Shown here: positions 35,821-44,137 of the stretch, piece by piece
Layout of the letters: the number at the start of each line of letters is the position of its first letter
Numbering within the stretch: position 1 is the stretch's first letter
Source of the DNA: Nitrospirae bacterium RBG_16_43_11
Lineage (GTDB): Bacteria > Nitrospirota > 9FT-COMBO-42-15 > HDB-SIOI813
Direction: 5' to 3'
DNA: 45,195 nt
Assembly: GCA_001805165.1 (NCBI GenBank)
Contig: MHEI01000088.1
Location: 1-45,195, forward strand
Program-made: the position numbers and the translations under genes
The notes under the pieces: generated by a model
What the model was told of the DNA's origin: nothing
The model's database searches: none
Seen by the model: the letters and a program-made list of their open reading frames with translations, nothing else

Positions 35821-36896
35821 TAAGCAGGCGTGATCTCCTGAAGATTATTGCGGTTAATTTGATGATTCTGGGCTATGATGCTCGAATGGTCGCATCGAAG
35901 ATTCCTGTTCCAAAGGGTATTTATGCGGTAACCAATACTGCAAACTGGATTATGGAGGATGGAAAAAGAAGAAACCTTTTTGAGATAGATTTTGTAGATG
36001 GAGTCACAAATTATACAAGGTGGGCTGAGATAGAGAAAGAAGAGGGTAGTTATGACTGGAAGTCTTTTGAACGGATGATAAAAGAGGCTGCTGATAACAA
36101 TAAGAAGTTATCCTACAATATCATAAGTGGAAATCACGCACCTGACTGGGTATATAACAAGGCAGGAGTTCACGGTTATGAATACTTTAATTCCCGCAAA
36201 AACAAAAGGGTGAGAACTTACCTGCCATGGGTTGAGTCAGGTAAGAACCGTGCACTGAATTCAGGGTTACTTAAAATATGGGATAAAACCATTTTATCTT
36301 TTGCAAAACATCTTCATAATCATCCACTGAAAGATAGCATAGCATATGTCGCTATTACAGGAGGGCCGACCAGTAACGGACTTGAGATCATCTGGGCTGC
36401 AAGCGATTACAATGAATTCAGCAAACTGAACTGGGATGAGGAGGTTGAAGGACTCTTTATCCATTTCTGGATGAAAGTAATTGATATCTTCATGGAGTAT
36501 ATGCCGGATGTACCTCTGGGGCTGGCATTTACTGATCTCTTTGGGGTTAACATGTTTGGCATAAGCAGAAGAAATATCGAAATTTCCAAAACGATAGTTG
36601 ACTATGCATTAAAGGTATCTAAAATTCATAATGCTACTGTTGTGCCTATGGGCCTGTGGCTGGGCAATATAGACCCGGATGATCTGAGAAACCATCCGCT
36701 GGTGAGACTTATCCGTTCATTTAATGTCTCCTTTGCCTTACAGGGCGGTTTGAGCACATTGCATAAAAAAGACATGGAGAAGATGCTTTCTCTGGCAGAG
36801 GATATAAAGTCTTCATGGATTGAATTATGGCACAGCGACATTCTGAATGAGGATTATTCCAGGATTATAAAAGACACAAGACGTAGAATCAGTTGA
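35781..36896 (+). CDS. Exported TIM-barrel glycoside-hydrolase-like protein with a Tat-type signal
   Basis: 'ISRRDLLKIIAVNLMILG' matches S/T-R-R-x-F-L-K. 'RWAEIEKEEGSYDWKSFERMIKEAADNNKKLSYNIISGNHAPDWVY' resembles clan GH-A strands 1-3. 'SNGLEI' and 'WIELW' are candidate catalytic Glu sites. The family was not identified. Confidence 0.5.
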   Translation: MEEKRTASYQPLLISRRDLLKIIAVNLMILGYDARMVASKIPVPKGIYAVTNTANWIMEDGKRRNLFEIDFVDGVTNYTRWAEIEKEEGSYDWKSFERMIKEAADNNKKLSYNIISGNHAPDWVYNKAGVHGYEYFNSRKNKRVRTYLPWVESGKNRALNSGLLKIWDKTILSFAKHLHNHPLKDSIAYVAITGGPTSNGLEIIWAASDYNEFSKLNWDEEVEGLFIHFWMKVIDIFMEYMPDVPLGLAFTDLFGVNMFGISRRNIEISKTIVDYALKVSKIHNATVVPMGLWLGNIDPDDLRNHPLVRLIRSFNVSFALQGGLSTLHKKDMEKMLSLAEDIKSSWIELWHSDILNEDYSRIIKDTRRRIS

Positions 36897-36921
36897 AGCA
36901 GCCAGGGCAGGGATTTTGGAT

Positions 36922-38187
36922 ATGAGCATATTGATTGTTAATTTATTGTTCTTAAGTATTTTATTTTGTTACGCAATTGTATCTAATAAAAACAAACAGT
37001 TTTATCTGTTTTCTCCATTTTGCTTTCCCTTTATCAACTTTGCAATTTATTATTTATTGCCGTCCACCGTAAATTATTTTTTTAAAGAAAGTAAAGAGAT
37101 TAGAATACATCATATCTTGTATTTTCTGGGCATATTATCCTTTCTGTCAGGGGTTTCTTTATCAAAGAAAATTATTACAACAAAAGAATATGATTTAACA
37201 GTAAGACCCGGTTTTATCAAAGCGAAAAATATCCCTCTCTGGTTATTCTATTCCATCGGGGTTGCATTACTAACCATTTATGGGATCTGGTCAGGTGTGA
37301 CAGATGGGCTGCTGTCAGGACGCAATATTGATGGGTTGAGGAGAAGCGCCGAGATTGGAAAGGGTTTCATAAAAGAACCAGGCTTGTACTTAACGAGCAT
37401 ATCCGGCCTGTGGCTCATAGGAAATTATCTTAACCCGGTACACAGGAGTCTTTTCGGTTTAAAGGGTATTTTTGTGATGTTATTTGCTTCGATATTTATC
37501 TTCTTTACTGTGGGGCACAAATTGGCATCTCTCCTTCCTCTATTAGTCATGACTGGTCTATATAATAAGTACAAACCCCTTTCCAGTATTAAAATGCTTG
37601 CTATAGGCTTATTTTTCTTTTTACTGATAGGTATGATAAATATCGTGAGGGTAGGAGAGATAAAAGGCCCAATTGGTTCAATACTAATAAATAAATCTAT
37701 CATCGTTTCTTATGCATATGATTTCAATTACGTTCCGATAGTCAACAGTGTCTACAAAGGTAAAATAGATCTCCAGTATGGCAGAGAGTATTTACAGGAC
37801 GCACTTTTATTCGTCCCGCGATTTCTTTATGCTAATAAGCCGGTAAGCTTTGATTATTTCTTAAAAGAGATGACTCACTCGACATTTAAAGGGGGGGGAT
37901 TGCCTCCGACCACTATCGGTAGTTTGTTTCTTAACTTTGGATTCACAGGCGTTATCTTCGGCATGCTACTGATCGGATTTGGTTATAACTATCTATTTTA
38001 TTTATATCTGCGTGCCACCTATGCAAAGGCTGTTATCCTGCTGTTCATTATGTATTATATCATGCGGCCATCCCAGTTTTTTGGGCATACTATTGTCTTT
38101 ATAGTTTTCATATTTGTTATCGCCCTGGCAAGTCATTTTATGTATGAAGTTGCACTTTCAAGGAAAGAGAGGGAAAGTGGAATCTGA
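36922..38187 (+). CDS. wzy: Wzy-like oligosaccharide repeat-unit polymerase (polytopic, very AT-rich)
   Basis: About 11 TM helices, Phe/Ile/Leu/Tyr-rich, with no soluble domain and a position between wzx and the tailoring genes. The track start at 36916 is TTG; an ATG lies at 36922. Wzy proteins have weak sequence signatures, so this is a topology and context call. Confidence 0.55.
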   Translation: MSILIVNLLFLSILFCYAIVSNKNKQFYLFSPFCFPFINFAIYYLLPSTVNYFFKESKEIRIHHILYFLGILSFLSGVSLSKKIITTKEYDLTVRPGFIKAKNIPLWLFYSIGVALLTIYGIWSGVTDGLLSGRNIDGLRRSAEIGKGFIKEPGLYLTSISGLWLIGNYLNPVHRSLFGLKGIFVMLFASIFIFFTVGHKLASLLPLLVMTGLYNKYKPLSSIKMLAIGLFFFLLIGMINIVRVGEIKGPIGSILINKSIIVSYAYDFNYVPIVNSVYKGKIDLQYGREYLQDALLFVPRFLYANKPVSFDYFLKEMTHSTFKGGGLPPTTIGSLFLNFGFTGVIFGMLLIGFGYNYLFYLYLRATYAKAVILLFIMYYIMRPSQFFGHTIVFIVFIFVIALASHFMYEVALSRKERESGI

Positions 38188-38992
38188 CGCACGTTTTGAA
38201 TTCGGTAAGAATTGGAGTCGTTATCTCTCTGTGCTGAACGATGATCGTATTGCTGCGGCGGAGGATTCGTTGAAAGAGATATTTGATGTTAATACCCTCG
38301 AAGGTAAAACTTTTCTTGATATCGGTTCTGGAAGCGGTCTTTTTTCTCTAGCTGCGATGAGATTAGGGGCAGCAAAGGTTCATTCATTTGATTATGATCC
38401 TGAAAGTGTAGCGTGTACGAAGAAATTAAAGAGAATATATTTTAAAGATGCACATAGTTGGTCTATTGAGGAGGGTTCTGTCCTGGACAGGAATTATCTC
38501 TCAAAATTAGGGGGATGGGATGTTGTTTATTCATATGGTGTGTTACATCACACCGGAGCAATGTGGCAGGCTTTGGAGAACATAGTCCCTCTTGTTAAAA
38601 GAGGGGGGAAGTTATATATAGCGATATACAACAAGCAGCGATTCATGACACCGGTCTGGACAAAGATAAAAAAGTCCTATGTTAAAGGCAACTCTATCAC
38701 GAGGTTTTGGTTACTTGTTATATTTATCAGTTATTTTGTCCTAAGAGGTGTTATAGTTGATATGATCCGGATGCGCAACCCTCTACTTCGGTATAAAGAG
38801 AAGAAGTTCCAGCGAGGGATGAGTATGTTCTACGATTACATAGACTGGATCGGTGGATACCCCTTTGAGACTGCACGGCCTGAAGAAATCTTCGTTTTCT
38901 ACAGGAAGCGTGGTTTTATATTAGAAAAACTTACAACATATTATGGTGGTTTTGGAAACAATGAATATCTTTTTTCCCAAAATGCAGATTAG
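38177..38992 (+). CDS. Class I SAM-dependent methyltransferase
   Basis: Motif I 'FLDIGSGSGLFSLAAMRLGA' and 'VVYSYGVLHH'. GTG 38177 follows AGGAAAGAGAGGG. ATG 38144 and the track start at 38114 remain possible. Confidence 0.8.
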   Translation: MESDARFEFGKNWSRYLSVLNDDRIAAAEDSLKEIFDVNTLEGKTFLDIGSGSGLFSLAAMRLGAAKVHSFDYDPESVACTKKLKRIYFKDAHSWSIEEGSVLDRNYLSKLGGWDVVYSYGVLHHTGAMWQALENIVPLVKRGGKLYIAIYNKQRFMTPVWTKIKKSYVKGNSITRFWLLVIFISYFVLRGVIVDMIRMRNPLLRYKEKKFQRGMSMFYDYIDWIGGYPFETARPEEIFVFYRKRGFILEKLTTYYGGFGNNEYLFSQNAD

Positions 38993-39003
38993 GATAATTT
39001 AAT

Positions 39004-40929
39004 ATGTGCAGAATTGCCGGTTTCTGGGATTTCAATTATAAGAATGATTACGATATAAGAAAGACCATGGATGAGATGCGTGATACCATGAGCTATGGCG
39101 GACCAGATGATGCAGGAAGTTATACAGATAAAAACCATCCCCTTGCCTTAGGCCACCGTCGGCTCTCTATCCTTGACCTCTCTCCCCTTGGTCATCAGCC
39201 AATGGGCACTGAAGATGAGAGTTTATGTATAACCTATAATGGTGAGGTTTATAACTTCCGGGAGATAAAGGAGAGACTCGAAAGGAAAGGGTATAAGTTT
39301 AAAAGCAGGAGTGATACAGAAGTTATTTTAAAGGCCTATGAAGAAGACAGAATGGATTGCCTGCTCAACTTCAGGGGCATGTGGGCCTTTGCAATTTGGG
39401 ATAGAAACAGGGAGAAACTTATACTATGCAGAGACAGGGTCGGGATAAAACCCCTGTACTGGTATTATAAAGATGGATTATTCATGTTTACATCAGAACT
39501 TAAGGCCTTTCATAAGCATCCTAAATTCAGAAAGAGTCTGGATTTTAATTCCCTTGCCCTGTACTTACAGCTTGGTTACATAACAGCGCCGTACACAATT
39601 TTTAAAGATACTCATAAACTCCAGCCAGGTTATTACTTGGAGATTGATAACAAGATGAACATAAGACAAACAAAATACTGGGATGTGGAAGATTCCTACA
39701 GAGAAGGTGAATATCTTCAAAATAGTGGATACCGGGATAGGCTATCTGAAAATGAAATAACAGATGAACTTGAGTCTATCCTGACAGAAAGTTGCACGCT
39801 CAGAATGATATCAGATGTCCCGATTGGAATATTTTTGAGTGGCGGGACAGACTCATCAGTTGTAACAGCTTTACTGCAAAGAAGCAGTCCAGAGACGATA
39901 AAGACATTCACAATAGGATTTCATGAAAAGGCTTACAACGAGGCAGGGTGGGCGAAGAAGGTTTCAGACCATTTGAGAACGGATCACACAGAACTTTACT
40001 GCACGGCTGATGAGGTTTCCGGGATAATTCAGAAATTACCTGAAATGTATGACGAACCCTTTGGAGACAGTTCCGCGATACCCACGTATCTGCTATCAAA
40101 GCTGGCAAGAAGTAAGGTTAAAGTTTCCCTCTCCGCAGATGGAGGAGATGAGCTTTTCTGCGGATATACCAAATATAATGTGGTCAACATTGTCCGTAAG
40201 ATTTCAAAAATGCCATTTATGAATACACTGAATAAGGCTTTTGATCTATTATCTCCGGAAATGGCATTTAATATATATAATACGTTTAAACCCTTTTTCC
40301 CGAAATATAATGATTTCAAGGACAAATATAAACTAATCAAAAGCATGCTGAATACAGAGGATGTGATAAAGCAAAATATATTTATGAGCAGTGTCTTTAT
40401 GGATGAAGACCTGAAAGAACTTGGCATACAGAATAGGTATCCCTTTTTAAGTCATTCTGATAAATATGATTGTTTGACATCTATGATGATCTTTGATTCC
40501 ATGACCTATCTGCCGGATGATATCATGGTAAAGGTGGACAGGGCAAGTATGAATGTGGCTCTTGAAGTGAGAGAACCCTTGCTGGATCATAAGATCCTGG
40601 AGTATATGGCAAGGGTCCCAATAACATATAAGTACCGGAATGGTATTGGCAAATATATTCTGAAGAAGATCTTATATAAATATGTCCCAGGAAACTTAGT
40701 GAACAGGCCCAAACAAGGGTTTACTGTACCCATTTATGCGTTGTTTAAGAACGACTTGGAAATACTTTATAAAGAATACCTGAATGAGAAAAGGCTTAAT
40801 AGAGAAGGAATTTTTAATGCAAAGGCCGTTGGGTTCATTTTAAAAGGCTCTATCAGTGATAGGGGAATCAATCATAATAAGCTATGGACACTCCTGATGT
40901 TTGAGATGTGGAAAGAAAAGTGGATATGA
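39004..40929 (+). CDS. Asparagine synthase (glutamine-hydrolysing) family amidotransferase (WbpS/EpsI-like context)
   Basis: N-terminal nucleophile 'MCRIAGF', 'HRRLSILDLSPLGHQPM', PP-loop 'FLSGGTDSS'. Confidence 0.92.
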   Translation: MCRIAGFWDFNYKNDYDIRKTMDEMRDTMSYGGPDDAGSYTDKNHPLALGHRRLSILDLSPLGHQPMGTEDESLCITYNGEVYNFREIKERLERKGYKFKSRSDTEVILKAYEEDRMDCLLNFRGMWAFAIWDRNREKLILCRDRVGIKPLYWYYKDGLFMFTSELKAFHKHPKFRKSLDFNSLALYLQLGYITAPYTIFKDTHKLQPGYYLEIDNKMNIRQTKYWDVEDSYREGEYLQNSGYRDRLSENEITDELESILTESCTLRMISDVPIGIFLSGGTDSSVVTALLQRSSPETIKTFTIGFHEKAYNEAGWAKKVSDHLRTDHTELYCTADEVSGIIQKLPEMYDEPFGDSSAIPTYLLSKLARSKVKVSLSADGGDELFCGYTKYNVVNIVRKISKMPFMNTLNKAFDLLSPEMAFNIYNTFKPFFPKYNDFKDKYKLIKSMLNTEDVIKQNIFMSSVFMDEDLKELGIQNRYPFLSHSDKYDCLTSMMIFDSMTYLPDDIMVKVDRASMNVALEVREPLLDHKILEYMARVPITYKYRNGIGKYILKKILYKYVPGNLVNRPKQGFTVPIYALFKNDLEILYKEYLNEKRLNREGIFNAKAVGFILKGSISDRGINHNKLWTLLMFEMWKEKWI

Positions 40930-42173
40930 GGATACTCTTTGCGAATAACTTTCTCTATGAGCGCGGGGGGGCCGAGAAATCCCTGTTTGATACCGCACGT
41001 TTGTTGGAAGAAAATGGGCATAATATCTTTTTTTTCTCCTCCAAATTTAAAGAGAATGTTTCCTATACATATGAAAAATATTTTACGTCTGATATTGACT
41101 ATCAGTCACACTCTATTGTTGATAAGTTAAAATCGTTATCAAAGATTTATTACAATCTTGAGTCTAACAGAAAGGTAAATAAGTTACTCAAAGAAATAGG
41201 GGATATAGATATCGCCCATATGAATAATATTATGTACAGAGTGGGGGTATCAATAGTCAGAACATTTAAAGAAAAGAGTATTCCAGTGGTGTATCACTTA
41301 AGAGATTACAACTTGATGTGCGGTGCGATAAATCTGACGGCTAATGGTGAGATATGTGAGGGGTGCAAAGACTACAACTTTTCAAATGTATTGAAAGAAA
41401 GGTGCAAGGGCGGATTTACAGGGAGCCTTGCTATCTATACATCAATGGTATTTTATCATAAGATTATGGATATCTTTAAAGATGTTGATATATTTATATC
41501 CCCGAGCAATTTTATGAAGACGAAATATCATGAGTTGGGATTTAATAAAAATATCGAAGTGCTTCCAAACTTTATAAACATGGAAGATTTTGAACCATGC
41601 TATAAGGATGATGGTTCTTATGTCTATTTTGGCAGACTTGCACCAGAGAAGGGTATATACACCCTGTTAAACATTTGCAAGAGACTCCCTGCGCATAAAT
41701 TTAAGATCATAGGTGCCGGCCCTCTGGAAGAACATTGTAAAAGTTTTATTACAGAAAACAATCTGACAAATGTCAGATTCCTTGGATATATGAGAGGCAA
41801 AAGACTATATGACGAGATAAAACTGTCCAGAGCCTCGATAGTTCCGAGTGAATGGTATGAAAACAATTCCAAGTCCATAATGGAATCCATGGCACTGGGA
41901 AAGCCTGTTATAGCCTCCCGAATCGGTGGAAACCCTGAATTGGTAACAGAGCGTGAGAATGGATATCTGTTTGAACCCTTTAATGAAGAAGACCTTGTTG
42001 ATAAACTGATGATGGCAGAGAAGGAAAGAGAATGGGAGGATATGGGAAAAAGGGGCCGTGAGATAATTGAAAGGTATTATAATCCACAAATTTATTATGA
42101 AAGATTAATAGGTATTTATGAAAAGATAGCAGGCGGGAAACAGTGTCATCAGATAAGACCCACTTTTTCATAA
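40926..42173 (+). CDS. GT-B fold glycosyltransferase, family 4-like
   Basis: 'MRILFANNFLYERGGAEK' and 'PSEWYENNSKSIMESMALGKPVIASRIGGNPELV' (E-x7-E). ATGA overlap with the asnB-like stop. Confidence 0.85.
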   Translation: MRILFANNFLYERGGAEKSLFDTARLLEENGHNIFFFSSKFKENVSYTYEKYFTSDIDYQSHSIVDKLKSLSKIYYNLESNRKVNKLLKEIGDIDIAHMNNIMYRVGVSIVRTFKEKSIPVVYHLRDYNLMCGAINLTANGEICEGCKDYNFSNVLKERCKGGFTGSLAIYTSMVFYHKIMDIFKDVDIFISPSNFMKTKYHELGFNKNIEVLPNFINMEDFEPCYKDDGSYVYFGRLAPEKGIYTLLNICKRLPAHKFKIIGAGPLEEHCKSFITENNLTNVRFLGYMRGKRLYDEIKLSRASIVPSEWYENNSKSIMESMALGKPVIASRIGGNPELVTERENGYLFEPFNEEDLVDKLMMAEKEREWEDMGKRGREIIERYYNPQIYYERLIGIYEKIAGGKQCHQIRPTFS

Positions 42174-43156
42174 TTGGTGCACAGCGTTCTGGGACGACAC
42201 TATTGCGCCTTTTGCTTAATGCACATTCACAGGTGGCCATCCCGGAGGATGGGACATTCTGGATGCCCTTGATACGGGCTCATCACAGCAATCCCCATAA
42301 GCCTATACGCGGAAGGTTACTAAGCAATCATATTGAATATCTCAGGAAAAATGACCAGGTAAAAAAATGGAAACTTGATATAGATCATCTTCTTGAAGAG
42401 TTCCTTTTCACAGGTGAAGCAACCTTGAAAGAACTGATAGAGTCTTTTTATGTCGAATTTGCAAAAAAGAATAATAAAATATTCTGGGGAGATAAATCAC
42501 CGAGTTTCTTCAGGAAGGTAAAAGAACTGTCAGAAATCTTTCCAACTGCCAAATTCATTCATATCATAAGAGATGGCCGTGACGTCTACCTGAGTATGCG
42601 TGACAGGCTAGCTGGAAGGAGGAATGTTGCCGTCGCTGCCATGGAATGGAAATATAAAATGCATAAAGCGCGTCAATCGTTATCTCAGTTACCATCAGAC
42701 AGGTGGCTTGAAGTAAAATATGAAGATACATTAAAGGCTCCTGAGCCCGGAATTAAAGATATCTGTAATTTTCTCGGGATAGATTATGAAGAAACAATGC
42801 TGGACTTCTGGAAATCAAGTCATAAATTCGTGGATAATTACCATTCAGACCTCATATTTAAGCCGATATCGTTAAGCCCGGTTGAAAAGTGGAAGAAGGA
42901 GATGACGGACGGCGATAATAGGATATTCGAGTATATCGCTGGTGATATGCTCGAAAATTGCAGATATGAAGTTACCAGCATGGGAAGGTTCACCAACTAC
43001 TGCAAGGTCAAGGCTCTTGGGATGCTTTATACTGGGTTGCCGAGGAGGGGTATTCAGGTGTTACATACGGCATTGGTTTTGCAATTATCATCCCTCCTGG
43101 GTCTTAAGACCAGCATGGCCGGAGGTGAAGTCAAACCGGATGGGAAAAGTGCATAG
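42143..43156 (+). CDS. PAPS-dependent sulfotransferase (copy 2)
   Basis: 5'-PSB 'FFIIGAQRSGTTLL' and 3'-PB 'IIRDGRDVYLSM'. GTG start at 42143 after AGGCGGG. Confidence 0.85.
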   Translation: MSSDKTHFFIIGAQRSGTTLLRLLLNAHSQVAIPEDGTFWMPLIRAHHSNPHKPIRGRLLSNHIEYLRKNDQVKKWKLDIDHLLEEFLFTGEATLKELIESFYVEFAKKNNKIFWGDKSPSFFRKVKELSEIFPTAKFIHIIRDGRDVYLSMRDRLAGRRNVAVAAMEWKYKMHKARQSLSQLPSDRWLEVKYEDTLKAPEPGIKDICNFLGIDYEETMLDFWKSSHKFVDNYHSDLIFKPISLSPVEKWKKEMTDGDNRIFEYIAGDMLENCRYEVTSMGRFTNYCKVKALGMLYTGLPRRGIQVLHTALVLQLSSLLGLKTSMAGGEVKPDGKSA

Positions 43157-43171
43157 TAACTGGAGGGGCCG

Positions 43172-44137
43172 TTGGAGGCATCAGTCATTGTAACTTACAG
43201 GTGTGATGCGAGATGCCACATGTGCAATACATGGAAATATCCAACTGCACTGAGGGAAGAGATCAGACCGGATGTTCTTAATAAACTGCCACGGCTTGCT
43301 TTCTGTAATGTTACAGGCGGTGAGCCATTCCTCAGGGAAGATATAGAAGAGATTGTATCTGTTATCAGGAAAAGGGCAGGGCGGATTGTAATAAGCACGA
43401 ACGGGTTTTCAACTGATAGAATACTCAGTGTCGCTAAACAATTTCCTGATATTGGTTTCAGGATAAGCATCGAGGGCTTACCTGCGGCAAATGATGAGTT
43501 GCGAGGAATAAAAGATGGTTTTGACCACGGATTGCGAAGCCTGCTGGAGCTTCAACGCATGGGGATTAAGGACATCGGGTTCGGCATTACTGTCTCTGAT
43601 AGGAATGCCCGGGACATGATGGAATTATACCAGCTTGCGAAGTCCATGAATCTGGAGTTTGCTACTGCGGCAGTGCATAACTCATATTATTTTCATAAGT
43701 ACGATAATGAAATTAAGGGGAAGGAAACTGCAATTGCCTGCTTTGAGGAACTCATACGGGAGCTGTTGAAATCCGGAAAGGTCAAGGACTGGTTCAGGGC
43801 ATATTTCAATTACGGACTGATAAATTATATCAGGGGCGGGAAGCGGCTTCTCCCTTGCGAGGCAGGTACAGAGAATTTCTTTGTTGACCCATGGGGCGAA
43901 ATAATGCCATGCAATGGTCTTGATAAAAGCATCTGGATGGAGAGTATGGGTAATCTTAATGATAACAGCTTTGAAGATATATGGAACGGTGAAATGGCGA
44001 AGATTATAAGGGATAAGGTCAGGACATGTCCAAAGAATTGCTGGATGATTGGAACTGCATCTCCGGTTATGAAGAAATACATCAGTAAGCCGGTGGGATG
44101 GATAATCAAAAGAAAATTGTTCGGCATCCATGGATGA
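43172..44137 (+). CDS. Radical SAM enzyme with a C-terminal twitch/partial-SPASM Cys motif
   Basis: 'CDARCHMC' (CxxxCxxC) at residues 11-18, 'GGEPFL', and C-terminal 'CEAGTENFFVDPWGEIMPC' (C-x12-G-x4-C) plus 'CPKNC'. TTG start at 43172, 5 nt after GGAGG (43162-43166). Confidence 0.82.
   Translation: MEASVIVTYRCDARCHMCNTWKYPTALREEIRPDVLNKLPRLAFCNVTGGEPFLREDIEEIVSVIRKRAGRIVISTNGFSTDRILSVAKQFPDIGFRISIEGLPAANDELRGIKDGFDHGLRSLLELQRMGIKDIGFGITVSDRNARDMMELYQLAKSMNLEFATAAVHNSYYFHKYDNEIKGKETAIACFEELIRELLKSGKVKDWFRAYFNYGLINYIRGGKRLLPCEAGTENFFVDPWGEIMPCNGLDKSIWMESMGNLNDNSFEDIWNGEMAKIIRDKVRTCPKNCWMIGTASPVMKKYISKPVGWIIKRKLFGIHG

Noticed and set aside
24940-40929. A full PEP-CTERM/exosortase (EpsH) system, suggested by the OMP-Wza-Wzc-AsnB gene content.
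   Set aside because: No ORF has the exosortase polytopic signature. No protein in the window ends with a PEP-CTERM-like motif plus TM plus basic tail. Only a resemblance in gene content can be claimed.
43154-43174. Sulfotransferase 2 and the radical SAM gene are in the same reading frame, separated by only 5 codons. I considered stop-codon readthrough or a fused protein.
   Set aside because: The junction carries two consecutive stops (TAG TAA at 43154-43159). A GGAGG box at 43162-43166 is properly spaced for the TTG at 43172. Separate, coupled genes are the simpler reading.
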